Source of the DNA: Spirochaetia bacterium
GTDB taxonomy: Bacteria > Spirochaetota > Spirochaetia > UBA9216
Direction of reading: 5' to 3'
NCBI GenBank assembly: GCA_965140585.1
Contig: OZ223264.1
Location: 800,001 to 864,000 of the forward strand
Length of the DNA stretch: 64,000 nucleotides
The notes beneath the pieces were generated by a model that saw nothing but the letters and a program-made list of their open reading frames with translations, made no database searches and was not told the origin of the DNA. A program made the position numbers and the translations under genes. Shown in pieces: positions 41,263 to 51,243 of the stretch. Position 1 is the first letter of the stretch, and every line of letters starts with the position of its first letter.

Positions 41263-42660
41263 ATGGCAACAGCGTTATTGATGCCAAAGCAGGGTAACTC
41301 GGTAGAATCCTGTCTCATTCTTGAATGGATGAAGAAGGAAGGCGACCGGGTTAATGTCGGTGATGTAGTCTGCGAGGCTGAAACCGACAAGGCAACCATA
41401 GAAGTTGAATCTACTGCTGAAGGTACCATTCTAAAGATTTTTTATGGACCGGATACCGAAGTGCCTGTACAGAAAATGATGGCGGTTATCGGTGACCCCG
41501 GTGAAGATATAAGCAGCTTTGAAGCTGAGTTTGCAGCCTCAGGGGACGGTGCATCCGCACCTGCGGCAGAACCCGCTGCGGAAGCTTCCCCCGCCGAATC
41601 AGCTGCTCCGGCAGCAGCACCTGCGGCAGCCCCGGCTGCAGCTGCGGTTAATACTTCCGGCGGAGACCGCTTTGTTTCTCCAAGGGCAAGAAACCTTGCT
41701 GCAGGAAAGGGCTTTGATGCCTCGGGCCTTGCAGGAAGCGGCCCCGGCGGACGTGTAATTGAGCGCGATGTTGTAAATGCACTTGCCGGAAAGGAACCCC
41801 TTACTCCTGCAGCTGTTGCAGCAGTCATAGAGCAGGGCCTTACTGCCCCGGCAGAGGGCACAGGAATCGGCGGAAGGGTCAGACTTCAGGACCTTTCATC
41901 CGCACCCGTTGCTGCTCCGGCAGCAGGCATTACCGCTTCAGCGTCGGCAGCCCTTCCGTTCCCGGGCGCTTTCAGGGATGAAAAGGTTAAGGGTGTAAGA
42001 AAGATTACCGCCGCTAGGATGATGGAATCGCTTTCAAAGACAGCCCAGCTCACACACAATTTTACAGTAGATGCTACCGAACTTCTTGCCTACCGTGCAA
42101 AGTTCAAGAACTCTCCTGAAGAACTCGGTCTTGGAAAGGTCAGCATAAACGATATCGTAATGTTTGCCGCTTCAAGGGTTCTGAAGCTTCATCCTGAGTT
42201 CAACTGCCTCTGGCTCGGCGACACAATGAGATATTTTGACAGTGTCCATCTCGGTTTCGCATGTGATACACCGAAAGGTCTGCTTGTTCCGGTAATAAAG
42301 AATGCCGACAGCCTCAGCCTGAAGGAACTTTCAGCAGAAGCGGCAAGACTTATTGCAGCCTGCCGTGAAGGAAAGGCCCAGCCTGATGAACTTACAGGAG
42401 CCACCTTCACACTAAGCAATGTAGGCGCTTTTGGAATTGACAGCTTTACTCCGATTATTAATCCGCCGGAGATAGGAATACTTGGTGTCTGCTCAACCCA
42501 GCTTAAGCCTGTGAGAACAGCGAACGGAGTTGAGTATCGAGATCACATCGGCTTCTCACTGACCTATGATCATCAGGCTGCAGACGGTGCACCGGCATCA
42601 AAGTTCTGTGCCGATATCAGGACTGCAGTTGAGAATATCGGGATCTACCTCGCACTGTAG
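41263..42660 (+). CDS. Dihydrolipoamide acyltransferase (E2)
   Basis: Lipoyl domain ETDKAT, Ala/Pro linker, PSBD SPRAR..GSGPGGRV, catalytic domain TFTLSN..PIINPP..YDHQAADGA. Confidence 0.93.
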   Translation: MATALLMPKQGNSVESCLILEWMKKEGDRVNVGDVVCEAETDKATIEVESTAEGTILKIFYGPDTEVPVQKMMAVIGDPGEDISSFEAEFAASGDGASAPAAEPAAEASPAESAAPAAAPAAAPAAAAVNTSGGDRFVSPRARNLAAGKGFDASGLAGSGPGGRVIERDVVNALAGKEPLTPAAVAAVIEQGLTAPAEGTGIGGRVRLQDLSSAPVAAPAAGITASASAALPFPGAFRDEKVKGVRKITAARMMESLSKTAQLTHNFTVDATELLAYRAKFKNSPEELGLGKVSINDIVMFAASRVLKLHPEFNCLWLGDTMRYFDSVHLGFACDTPKGLLVPVIKNADSLSLKELSAEAARLIAACREGKAQPDELTGATFTLSNVGAFGIDSFTPIINPPEIGILGVCSTQLKPVRTANGVEYRDHIGFSLTYDHQAADGAPASKFCADIRTAVENIGIYLAL

Positions 42661-42680
42661 AAATTACTGGAGTTTGAATT

Positions 42681-44006
42681 ATGTTTGATTTGATAGTAGC
42701 TGGAGCCGGTCCCGGAGGCTATGTTGCCGCTGAACGTGCCGGCCATATGGGAAAGAAGGTTCTGCTTGTTGAAAAGGAGAACCTCGGCGGTGTCTGCACA
42801 AACCACGGCTGTATTCCCACAAAGAGTCTTCTGAATGCCGCAAAGCATTTTACATACGGAAAAGAATCCGCAAAATTCGGCGTTCATTTTGACAATCCGG
42901 TCTTCAATTTTTCCGAGGCCATGGCCTGGAAGAATGAAACTATAGACAGTCTTAGAAAAGGTATTGCCTTTCTGATGAAGCAGGGCAAGGTTGAAGTCGT
43001 CTACGGTGAAGCAGTTTTTCCCGGAGGGAAAAAGGTGCAGGTCGGCGAAACTGTATACGAGGGTGAGAACCTGATTATTGCAACGGGATCTTCAGCCTTT
43101 GTTCCGCCTATTCCCGGATTTGACGGTCCAAATGTGGTAACAAACCGTGAAATACTGGCGCTGGAGGAACTGCCCAAAAAACTGGCAGTTATCGGCGGAG
43201 GTGTTATCGGCGTTGAGTTTGCTTCTTTCTTCAGTAATGTAGGCGTTGAGGTAAGCGTTATTGAGATGATGGATGAAATATGTCCGATGATGGACGGCGA
43301 AACCGCAAAACTCCTGCGCAAGCAAATGGGTGCGGTAAACTTCCTCCTCTCATCAAAGGTCACAGCAATTACAGCTGACGGTGTTGAATATGAAAAGGAC
43401 GGAAAGAAGGAAAGCGTAAAGGCAGACCTTGTCCTGATGTCAGTCGGAAGGCGGCCGAATGTCGGAGGCTTTGAAAATCTAGGTATTGACTACAGCCCGA
43501 AGGGTGTTGTAGTTGATGAGCGGATGCGAACCAATATTCCCGGTATCTACGCCGTTGGTGATGTAACAGGTGAGAGCCTGCTTGCCCACTCGGCATCAAG
43601 GATGGGTGAAGTTGCCGTGATGAATATGTTCGGAACCGGCGGAATAATGAGATACAACGCGGTCCCCTGGGCTGTTTACTCACTGCCTGAGGTTGCCGGA
43701 TGCGGCTACACAGAAAAGGATGCAAAGGCTGCCGGATACAATGTGAAATCTGCCGCTATGCAGATGCGCGCCAACGGCCGCTTTCTCGCCGAACACGGAA
43801 AGGAAGCCGGTATGTGCAAGGTTATTGCTGATGCCGATACCGACATGATTCTCGGCGTTCACATGATCGGCGCTGTATGTTCGGAGATGATAGGTACAGC
43901 CGCTGCAGCAATTGAAGCGGAACTTCGTACAAAGGATATGAGAGAAATTATCTTCCCGCACCCGAGCGTGTCGGAAATTATCAAAGATGTATGCTGGATG
44001 CTTTAA
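42681..44006 (+). CDS. lpdA: Dihydrolipoyl dehydrogenase (E3)
   Basis: GAGPGG, GGVCTNHGCIPTK disulfide, GGGVIG, HPSVSE. Confidence 0.95.
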   Translation: MFDLIVAGAGPGGYVAAERAGHMGKKVLLVEKENLGGVCTNHGCIPTKSLLNAAKHFTYGKESAKFGVHFDNPVFNFSEAMAWKNETIDSLRKGIAFLMKQGKVEVVYGEAVFPGGKKVQVGETVYEGENLIIATGSSAFVPPIPGFDGPNVVTNREILALEELPKKLAVIGGGVIGVEFASFFSNVGVEVSVIEMMDEICPMMDGETAKLLRKQMGAVNFLLSSKVTAITADGVEYEKDGKKESVKADLVLMSVGRRPNVGGFENLGIDYSPKGVVVDERMRTNIPGIYAVGDVTGESLLAHSASRMGEVAVMNMFGTGGIMRYNAVPWAVYSLPEVAGCGYTEKDAKAAGYNVKSAAMQMRANGRFLAEHGKEAGMCKVIADADTDMILGVHMIGAVCSEMIGTAAAAIEAELRTKDMREIIFPHPSVSEIIKDVCWML

Positions 44007-44035
44007 TCCGGTGCTAAGTTATAAGGAGTTATCAA

Positions 44036-46495
44036 ATGCCTAAAATACTTGAAATAAGGCCGGAAGAAGTTAGAAAGCCCGGCACCATCAAAATAAAGGA
44101 TATACCGGTAAACCAGTATAAGCCTGATATTAAGAAAGAACTTAAGCTGTACGGAAAAGACGGCCTTATCGGCATGTACTATGACATGCTTATTATCCGC
44201 GAGTTTGAAACCATGCTCGATCTCATCAAGAAGGAAGGTTCCTACAACGGACTTGAATACAACCACAAGGGGCCTGCACACCTTTCTGCCGGTCAGGAGT
44301 CCGCATCAGTCGGTCAGTGCGCCGTCCTTGATACAGACGACTTTATCTTCGGTTCCCACCGAAGCCACGGTGAAATACTTGCAAAGTGTTTTTCCGCTAT
44401 CAAGAAGCTTGATGAAGCAAGCCTGAAATCAACAATGGAAGGCTTCATGAACGGCGAAGCTCTGGGAATCGTTGATAAGCACCACAAGGGCGATAACGTA
44501 AAAGACCTTGCAGAGAACTTCGTTCTATATGGAGCACTCGCCGAGATTTTCGCCAGAGCCCCCGGTTTCAACAGAGGCCTCGGCGGTTCAATGCACACCT
44601 TCTTTGCCCCCTTCGGCAGCATGCCCAATAACGCAATTGTAGGCGGAAGTGCCGACATCAGCGTCGGTTCTGCCCTTTACAAGAGAATCAACCGGAAGCC
44701 CGGTATCGTAATTGCCAACATAGGCGACGGATCAATGGCTTGTGGTCCTGTGTGGGAAGGTCTTATGCTTGCAGCAATGGACCAGTACAACACCCTCTGG
44801 GACAAGGATCTCGGCGGAGCTCCTCCAATTATGGTTAATATCTTCAACAACTTCTACGCAATGGGCGGACAGACAAACGGTGAAACAATGGGTTACAAGG
44901 AGCCCGCCAGAATCGGCGCCGGTGTTAATCCCGACAATATGCATGCAGAGCGTGTAGACGGATTCAATCCGCTCGCAGTTGCAGATGCAATGACCAGGAA
45001 GAAAAAACTCCTGCTGGAAGGCAAGGGTCCTGTATTGATGGATACAATCACCTACAGACTCTCCGGCCACTCACCCTCAGATGCTTCATCATACAGAAGC
45101 AAGGAGGAGATGGATGCCTTCAGGGACGCTGATGTAATTCAGAACTTTGAAAAGTACCTCATTGAGAATGATGTTCTTGATCAGAAAACTTCCGAGAGCC
45201 TCAAAGAGAAGGTTACCGGAAAGATTACCAATACAATGCGTATTGCAATTGACGACAATATTTCAAAGCATGTAGACGGCAAGTTCATCGAATCTGTGAT
45301 GTTCTCAAATACAAAGATGGAAAAACTCGATGACCGCGAGCCCGAAGTTCTTATGCCGCTTGAGGAAAACCCGAGAGTAAAGGCAAACGCCAGAAAGAGA
45401 AGATACGCCTTCGATGAAGCAGGAAACAAGCTTCCGGCTTCAAAGCAGTTTGTATACCGTGATGCGCTTTTTGAAGCGGCCGTTCATGGTTTTTATACCG
45501 ATCCGACATTGGTCGCATATGGTGAAGAAAACCGTGACTGGGGCGGAGCTTTTGCCGTTTACCGCGGTCTTACTGAAGCTCTTCCGTACCACAGACTGTT
45601 CAACTCACCGATCTCAGAAGGTTCAATTGTAGGCTCGGCTGTAGGTTACGCTATGAGCGGCGGACGTGCAATGGTTGAACTCATGTACTGCGATTTCCTC
45701 GGAAGGGCAGGTGATGAAGTATTCAACCAGATGCCCAAGTGGCAGTCAATGTCCGGAGGCGAGCTCAGAATGCCGCTTGTCCTTCGTGTTTCTGTCGGAA
45801 ACAAATACGGCGCCCAGCACTCACAGGACTGGTCGGCTCTTGTTGCCCATATTCCCGGACTCAAGGCAATGTTCCCTGCAACTCCGTATGATGCAAAGGG
45901 GATGCTTAACCTGGCGCTCAGTGGAACAGACCCTGTTATCTTTTTTGAAAGCCAGAAACTTTACGGTATCGGCGAAGAGTTTGAGAAAGCCGGTGTTCCT
46001 GAAGGATACTATGAAATCGAAGAAGGCGAACCTGCAGTTAGAAGAACCGGAAGTGATGTAACAATTATCACCATCGGGGCTACTCTCTATGAAGCAGTCA
46101 AGGCTGCCGATGAGCTTCAGGAAAAATACGGAATGAGCGCCGAGGTTATCGACCTCAGATTCATCAATCCGCTCAACTATGACAAGATCATCGAGTCTGT
46201 TAAGAAGACCGGTAAGGTGGTTCTTTCATCAGACGCAAGCGAGAGGGGTTCATACCTGCACAACATAGCATCAAATATCAGCAGACTGGCATTCGATTAC
46301 CTCGATGCGCCACCGGTAGTAGTCGGTTCAAAGAACTGGATTACTCCGCCGGCAGAAATGGAAGACTACTTCTTCCCGACATCAAAGTGGATCATTGATG
46401 CCATTGATGAAAACATAATTCCGCTTTCCGGCCACAGCCCTTCATCTGTTCAGACCAACGGAGAGCTCCTCAGATCCCAGAGGGAAGGTGTATGA
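44036..46495 (+). CDS. ThDP-dependent dehydrogenase E1, fused alpha/beta subunits (acetoin/2-oxoacid dehydrogenase family)
   Basis: [21 protein letters not shown]...NNFY ThDP motif, TYRLSGHS. Beta part PISEG, GAQHSQ, DPVIFFE, EVIDLR. Confidence 0.93.
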   Translation: MPKILEIRPEEVRKPGTIKIKDIPVNQYKPDIKKELKLYGKDGLIGMYYDMLIIREFETMLDLIKKEGSYNGLEYNHKGPAHLSAGQESASVGQCAVLDTDDFIFGSHRSHGEILAKCFSAIKKLDEASLKSTMEGFMNGEALGIVDKHHKGDNVKDLAENFVLYGALAEIFARAPGFNRGLGGSMHTFFAPFGSMPNNAIVGGSADISVGSALYKRINRKPGIVIANIGDGSMACGPVWEGLMLAAMDQYNTLWDKDLGGAPPIMVNIFNNFYAMGGQTNGETMGYKEPARIGAGVNPDNMHAERVDGFNPLAVADAMTRKKKLLLEGKGPVLMDTITYRLSGHSPSDASSYRSKEEMDAFRDADVIQNFEKYLIENDVLDQKTSESLKEKVTGKITNTMRIAIDDNISKHVDGKFIESVMFSNTKMEKLDDREPEVLMPLEENPRVKANARKRRYAFDEAGNKLPASKQFVYRDALFEAAVHGFYTDPTLVAYGEENRDWGGAFAVYRGLTEALPYHRLFNSPISEGSIVGSAVGYAMSGGRAMVELMYCDFLGRAGDEVFNQMPKWQSMSGGELRMPLVLRVSVGNKYGAQHSQDWSALVAHIPGLKAMFPATPYDAKGMLNLALSGTDPVIFFESQKLYGIGEEFEKAGVPEGYYEIEEGEPAVRRTGSDVTIITIGATLYEAVKAADELQEKYGMSAEVIDLRFINPLNYDKIIESVKKTGKVVLSSDASERGSYLHNIASNISRLAFDYLDAPPVVVGSKNWITPPAEMEDYFFPTSKWIIDAIDENIIPLSGHSPSSVQTNGELLRSQREGV

Positions 46496-47829
46496 TAAAT
46501 ACCGATCCCGGAAAAGTATTATCAGAGCAACTCAACAGCAGCAGCCGGACCGAGCGTCTGGCTGCTGCTTCTGCAATAGGGGATATGATTAAAAGCGGGA
46601 AGCTCTCAAACGGGCAGACCGATGAGGTCAACAATCATATCCATACAATTTATTCCTTCAGCCCTTATTCACCTTCAAAGGCCGCATTTATGGCCTGGGC
46701 ATCAGGACTGAAGGCTGCGGGCAGTGTTGACCATGACAGCATCGGGGCGGCCGCGGAGATGGTTGAAGCATGTAAGTCCATAGGCATAGGTTCGACAACC
46801 GGCTTTGAGCTGAGAGTCAACTTCAGCGGCACTTCACTTGAAACCAGAAAGATAAACAACCCCGACACCATAAACAGTGCATACATCTGTATTCACGGCG
46901 TTCCCCACGGTCGCTTTGCTGAGGTTGCGGAATTTATCAAGCCGATAAGAGATGAGCGGAATATCAGAAACCGGACGGAGGTTGAAAAGCTCAACAGCAT
47001 CCTTCCTCAGGGAGTTTTTGAAACCCTGGATTTTGAGAAGGATGTGCTTGCAATTTCAGAATCTGCAGACGGGGGAGGTGTTACCGAGCGTCATATCCTC
47101 TACGCCTTAAGCCATAAGATAATCGAGGCTGCCGGAAAGGGGGAGGGCACGGTTGATTTGGTAACTGATAAACTCGGCATACCTTTGACTGATAAAATCA
47201 AAGGCTTCCTGCTTGATACTGAAAATCCCCATTATGTTTACGATCTGCTCGGCATACTCAAAAGCAATCTTGTACCGTCTTTTTTCATACAGCCGAATGA
47301 GGTTGAATGTCCGGCTGCAGATAAGGTTGTGGCATTTGCCAACAGCATCAATGCTATTCCTTCGTATGCCTACCTCGGAGATGTTGCCGAAAGTCCTACC
47401 GGAGACAAGAAGGCTGAAAAATTCGAGGATGACTATCTTGATGAACTGTTTGAAATATTGAAAAAGACCGGCTTCAAGGCAGTAACATACATGCCGCCGA
47501 GAAACACTGTTAAGCAGCTTCTTCGGGTACAGGCTCTCTGCGATAAGCATGCGTTCATGCAGATCAGCGGTGTGGATATAAACTCCTCCAGACAGGTTTT
47601 CAGATGTCCGGAAATTCTTCAGCCCGAGTTTACACATCTTATCGATGCAACATGGACGCTTATTGCTCATGAGCATCTTGCCTCTGCCGACGAATCTTAT
47701 GCGCTTTTCAATCCTCAAGGAAAATTCGCGTCAAAGCCGCTTTCCGAAAGAATGAAGCTCTATGCTGAGGCCGGTAAAAAGATGGATCTTTTTAATCCTG
47801 AAAATATAATCGATTTAATAGGAGCATAA
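46492..47829 (+). CDS. PHP domain metallohydrolase
   Basis: [33 protein letters not shown] overlap with E1. Confidence 0.85.
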   Translation: MINTDPGKVLSEQLNSSSRTERLAAASAIGDMIKSGKLSNGQTDEVNNHIHTIYSFSPYSPSKAAFMAWASGLKAAGSVDHDSIGAAAEMVEACKSIGIGSTTGFELRVNFSGTSLETRKINNPDTINSAYICIHGVPHGRFAEVAEFIKPIRDERNIRNRTEVEKLNSILPQGVFETLDFEKDVLAISESADGGGVTERHILYALSHKIIEAAGKGEGTVDLVTDKLGIPLTDKIKGFLLDTENPHYVYDLLGILKSNLVPSFFIQPNEVECPAADKVVAFANSINAIPSYAYLGDVAESPTGDKKAEKFEDDYLDELFEILKKTGFKAVTYMPPRNTVKQLLRVQALCDKHAFMQISGVDINSSRQVFRCPEILQPEFTHLIDATWTLIAHEHLASADESYALFNPQGKFASKPLSERMKLYAEAGKKMDLFNPENIIDLIGA

Positions 47830-47830
47830 A

Positions 47831-48928
47831 ATGAGCATAAAAGCAGAAGCTATAGCACCGCTTATCCGCGGGCTTACATATAACGGTGAAACAGGGGCAA
47901 CTGTAACCTTCAGTCCTGAGAGGAAATCCGGACCGGGTGTGCTTTCTGTTAAGGATGCTGAAGCTTTTTTTGAGAATCCCGGTACTGCATACAGTGAGTA
48001 TCTGTTAGTAAACAAGAATATTCCTGAAGCCGTTTCGGTGGAAGGCTTGGGGTCTTTTGCTGTCAGTACAGCACTGCGCGACGGCTGGCCTTCAGTACTA
48101 GCCGGTAAGATTGCAGTAGTAACCGGCGGGGCCCAGGGCTTTGGAGCAGGCATTGTCGAGCAGCTTGTGAAAAAGGACATCTTTGTCTTTGTTGCCGACA
48201 TGAACCTTAAGGGTGCGCAGGAGTTTGCCGCACAGACTAATAAGTCTATCGGTAGAGAATGCTGCGACGCCGTCGAGGTCAATGTTGCTGATGAAGCTTC
48301 TGTTGAACAGATGATGAATACCATTGCCCTGAAGAAGGGCGGAATTGATATCTTTATAAATAACGCCGGTGTGCTTAAGGCCGGTAGCGTTAAAGAGATG
48401 AATCTCGGAGATTTTGAGTTTGTGACAAAGGTAAACTACACCGGCTACTTCATCTGCACCAAGTTCGCCTCACGCCTTATGGCTGAGCAGAACCGGGGTG
48501 CTGAATCAATCGGCAAAAACTATTACTCCGATGTTATCCAGATAAACTCAAAGTCAGGGCTTGAGGGATCAAACAAGAACGGTGCATATGCCGGCGGCAA
48601 GTTCGGCGGAATCGGCCTTACCCAGAGTTTCGCTCTTGAACTGATAAGCGACAATATCAAGGTTAACTCAATATGTCCGGGGAACTTCTTTGAAGGCCCT
48701 CTCTGGTCGGATCCGGAAAGGGGACTTTTTGTTCAATATTTAAACGCTGGAAAGGTTCCGGGTGCGAAGACAATTGCGGATGTGAAGGAGTTCTATGAGG
48801 CAAAGGTTCCAATGGGCCGCGGCTGTAATCCTGTCGATGTATCAAAGGCTGTTTTTTACCTTGTAGAGCAGAAATATGAAACAGGACAGGCCCTCCCGGT
48901 AACCGGCGGCCAGATAATGTTAAAATAA
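47831..48928 (+). CDS. Sorbitol-6-phosphate 2-dehydrogenase-like SDR with N-terminal extension
   Basis: TGGAQGFG, NNAG, INSKSG..NGAYAGGKFGGIGLTQSFALEL (SrlD-type signature), TGQALPVTGGQ. Confidence 0.85.
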   Translation: MSIKAEAIAPLIRGLTYNGETGATVTFSPERKSGPGVLSVKDAEAFFENPGTAYSEYLLVNKNIPEAVSVEGLGSFAVSTALRDGWPSVLAGKIAVVTGGAQGFGAGIVEQLVKKDIFVFVADMNLKGAQEFAAQTNKSIGRECCDAVEVNVADEASVEQMMNTIALKKGGIDIFINNAGVLKAGSVKEMNLGDFEFVTKVNYTGYFICTKFASRLMAEQNRGAESIGKNYYSDVIQINSKSGLEGSNKNGAYAGGKFGGIGLTQSFALELISDNIKVNSICPGNFFEGPLWSDPERGLFVQYLNAGKVPGAKTIADVKEFYEAKVPMGRGCNPVDVSKAVFYLVEQKYETGQALPVTGGQIMLK

Positions 48929-48943
48929 GGGAGCGGTTGATTT

Positions 48944-50359
48944 ATGAGGAAGTTTATAGCTGTAGACCTGGGAGCATCAAGCGGCAGGGTGATTGTCGGG
49001 GATCTCTACGGAATAGAGATAATGACAAGATTTCCAAGCCGGATTGTCAGGATTAAAGACACAATATACTGGGATTTTCTTGCCCTTTTCACAGATATTA
49101 AAAAGGGTCTGAAGGAAGCCTTTGATAAATACGGAAGCCAGATTAAAAGTATCGGGATAGATACCTGGGGCGTTGATTATGCTCTGCTTGATAAAAACGG
49201 AGATCTCATCTCCAACCCATACCACTACCGCGACAGCAGAACAGATGGTATGGAGGAGGAGTTTTTCAAGCTTGTTCCTAAAGAGGATATATACAAGGAA
49301 ACCGGTATTCAGTTCATGCAGCTCAATACCATCTTCCAGCTGCTTGCTCACAGCAGAAAATCTCCTGAAACGGTTGCCGCTGCAAGGCATTTTCTTACCG
49401 TACCGGACCTGCTGAACTACTGGCTGACAGGCGTAATCAGCAACGAGTTTTCCGAAGCCTCAACGACCCAGCTGCTCAATCCCGAGACTCGCAAGTGGTC
49501 TGAAAGACTGATAACCGCAGCCGGGTTTAAGCCTGAAATATTCAGTGATGTTGTCCTTCCGGGCGCCGTAATTGGAAAGCTCCTGCCGGAAGAGGCGGCC
49601 GAAATAGGGGCTCCTTCCGATGTTGTTGTAACGGCACCGGCCTGTCACGATACCGCATCAGCGGTTGCCGCAATGCCATATACCGGCAGCGGGAATGCAG
49701 CATACCTGAGTTCCGGTACCTGGTCTCTGCTCGGTATTGAACTTGAGAAACCCATTATCAATGATCTTAGCTTCAAGTATAATTTTACCAATGAAGGCGG
49801 CCGTGAAGGTCTTATTACATACCTTAAGAATATAATGGGGCTCTGGGTAATTCAGGAATGCAAGGCCGACTGGGACAAGAGCGGGAACGAACTAGGCTGG
49901 GGTGAGATTGTGAGTCTTGCAGAGAAAGCCCGGACAGCGGAATGGCCTGTGGATCTCGATGATCCGCTGTTTTTGAAATCAAGTCTTACAGACGGCAGCA
50001 TGCCCGGCCGCATCATTCAGTACTGTAAGGATGCCGGAACTGATGTGCCTGCAAACCCGGGTGAGGTTGCTGCATGTGTATTCAGAAATCTTGCTGATAA
50101 GTATGCAAAAACTGTTGGAAAGCTTGAAGAAATAACCGGTAAGCGGGTGGAGCAGCTTAATATTATCGGCGGCGGCTGTCAGAATGATCTTATAAATAAA
50201 TGGACTGCCGAAGCTCTTAAAAGACCTGTTCTGGCCGGACCGGTAGAGGCGACAGCCCTTGGAAATATTCTGATTCAGGCTGTATCTGCCGGTGAAGTTT
50301 CCTCCTATGAAGAAGGCAGAAAACTGATCGCTCAGAACTTCGAAATCAGAGAGTACTAA
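48944..50359 (+). CDS. Rhamnulokinase-family sugar kinase (FGGY)
   Basis: AVDLGASSGR, GIDTWGVDY, YRDSRT, TGIQFMQLNT, HDTASAV, SSGTWSL, NEGG, KNIMGLW, GPVEATALGN. Confidence 0.92.
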   Translation: MRKFIAVDLGASSGRVIVGDLYGIEIMTRFPSRIVRIKDTIYWDFLALFTDIKKGLKEAFDKYGSQIKSIGIDTWGVDYALLDKNGDLISNPYHYRDSRTDGMEEEFFKLVPKEDIYKETGIQFMQLNTIFQLLAHSRKSPETVAAARHFLTVPDLLNYWLTGVISNEFSEASTTQLLNPETRKWSERLITAAGFKPEIFSDVVLPGAVIGKLLPEEAAEIGAPSDVVVTAPACHDTASAVAAMPYTGSGNAAYLSSGTWSLLGIELEKPIINDLSFKYNFTNEGGREGLITYLKNIMGLWVIQECKADWDKSGNELGWGEIVSLAEKARTAEWPVDLDDPLFLKSSLTDGSMPGRIIQYCKDAGTDVPANPGEVAACVFRNLADKYAKTVGKLEEITGKRVEQLNIIGGGCQNDLINKWTAEALKRPVLAGPVEATALGNILIQAVSAGEVSSYEEGRKLIAQNFEIREY

Positions 50360-50447
50360 AGCATAATAGAATTAAAAAGCTTCAGTTTTTTAATTCTTAC
50401 CATAGATTTACACACATAATATTTTTTTGAAAAAAAAAATTATGCAA

Positions 50448-50545
50448 AAACACCGGGAAACCCGTACCGGGGCATCCCGGTGTTTCATCCATCAAGAAGC
50501 GGGTGGAGATTTCTTTTGGCCGGCAGCCGATGCCGGTCTTTTTTT
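50448..50545 (+). terminator. Two stem-loops after the sugar operon; the second has a T7 tail
   Basis: AAACACCGGGA/TCCCGGTGTTT (50448-50485) and GGCCGGCA-GCCGA-TGCCGGTC-TTTTTTT (50518-50545). Confidence 0.65.
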
Positions 50546-50648
50546 GCTGTACAGAATGATCATAAAAAATAGAATATAGTAAAACATATATAGACAAATA
50601 GAAATATAGCGTGTATCCTGTGGTTAATAATTGAATGGAGAATCTGTA

Positions 50649-51164
50649 ATGAAATCCTCAAATCGTATAACCTCATTTTTTACTTCTAAAAGGAGATGGA
50701 TACAGCTGCTTGCCGGTGCGGGGATGTTTGCCGCAGTATTTTACCTGCATATCAGCCTTTTGTATGTTCTCGGCGTCGGGGCTTTGGCAGGAATAATATT
50801 TGGAAAGGTTTTCTGCCGCTGGATCTGCCCGATGGGTTTTATCAAGGAGCTTCTAACCGGTTCAGTTCCCGATGAAGATAAGTTTATACAGACATACCAG
50901 TATCACAAAATGGGATGCCCAATTGCCTGGGTTTCCGGATTCCTCAACAGGTTTTCATTGTTCAGGATAAAACTGGACCGGGACTCATGTAAAAACTGCG
51001 GAGTCTGCGACAGGGCCTGCTACCTATCTACACTGGAGTCAGAGACTTACAGTTTATATAAAGAAGATAAAAAGATTCCCGGAGAAGCATTCGCCTGTTC
51101 CAAATGTCTTAAATGTGTTGAAGCCTGTCCTTCAGGATGTCTGAGCTACAGTCCGGGCAGATAG
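50649..51164 (+). CDS. Membrane-anchored 4Fe-4S binding protein (NapH/MauN-like)
   Basis: Two TM segments, FCRWICPMG, CKNCGVCDRAC, CSKCLKCVEACP. Confidence 0.85.
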   Translation: MKSSNRITSFFTSKRRWIQLLAGAGMFAAVFYLHISLLYVLGVGALAGIIFGKVFCRWICPMGFIKELLTGSVPDEDKFIQTYQYHKMGCPIAWVSGFLNRFSLFRIKLDRDSCKNCGVCDRACYLSTLESETYSLYKEDKKIPGEAFACSKCLKCVEACPSGCLSYSPGR

Positions 51165-51243
51165 CCGGAAGCATTAGAAAAACACTACTTGAAATTGCTG
51201 TCTCCAGCAAATAGAATGATGGAACTTTTTAAACGGGGTTCAT

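Noticed and set aside
41540-41660. GCA/CCG-rich repetitive tract
   Set aside because: Ordinary Ala/Pro linker of E2, not a DNA repeat element.
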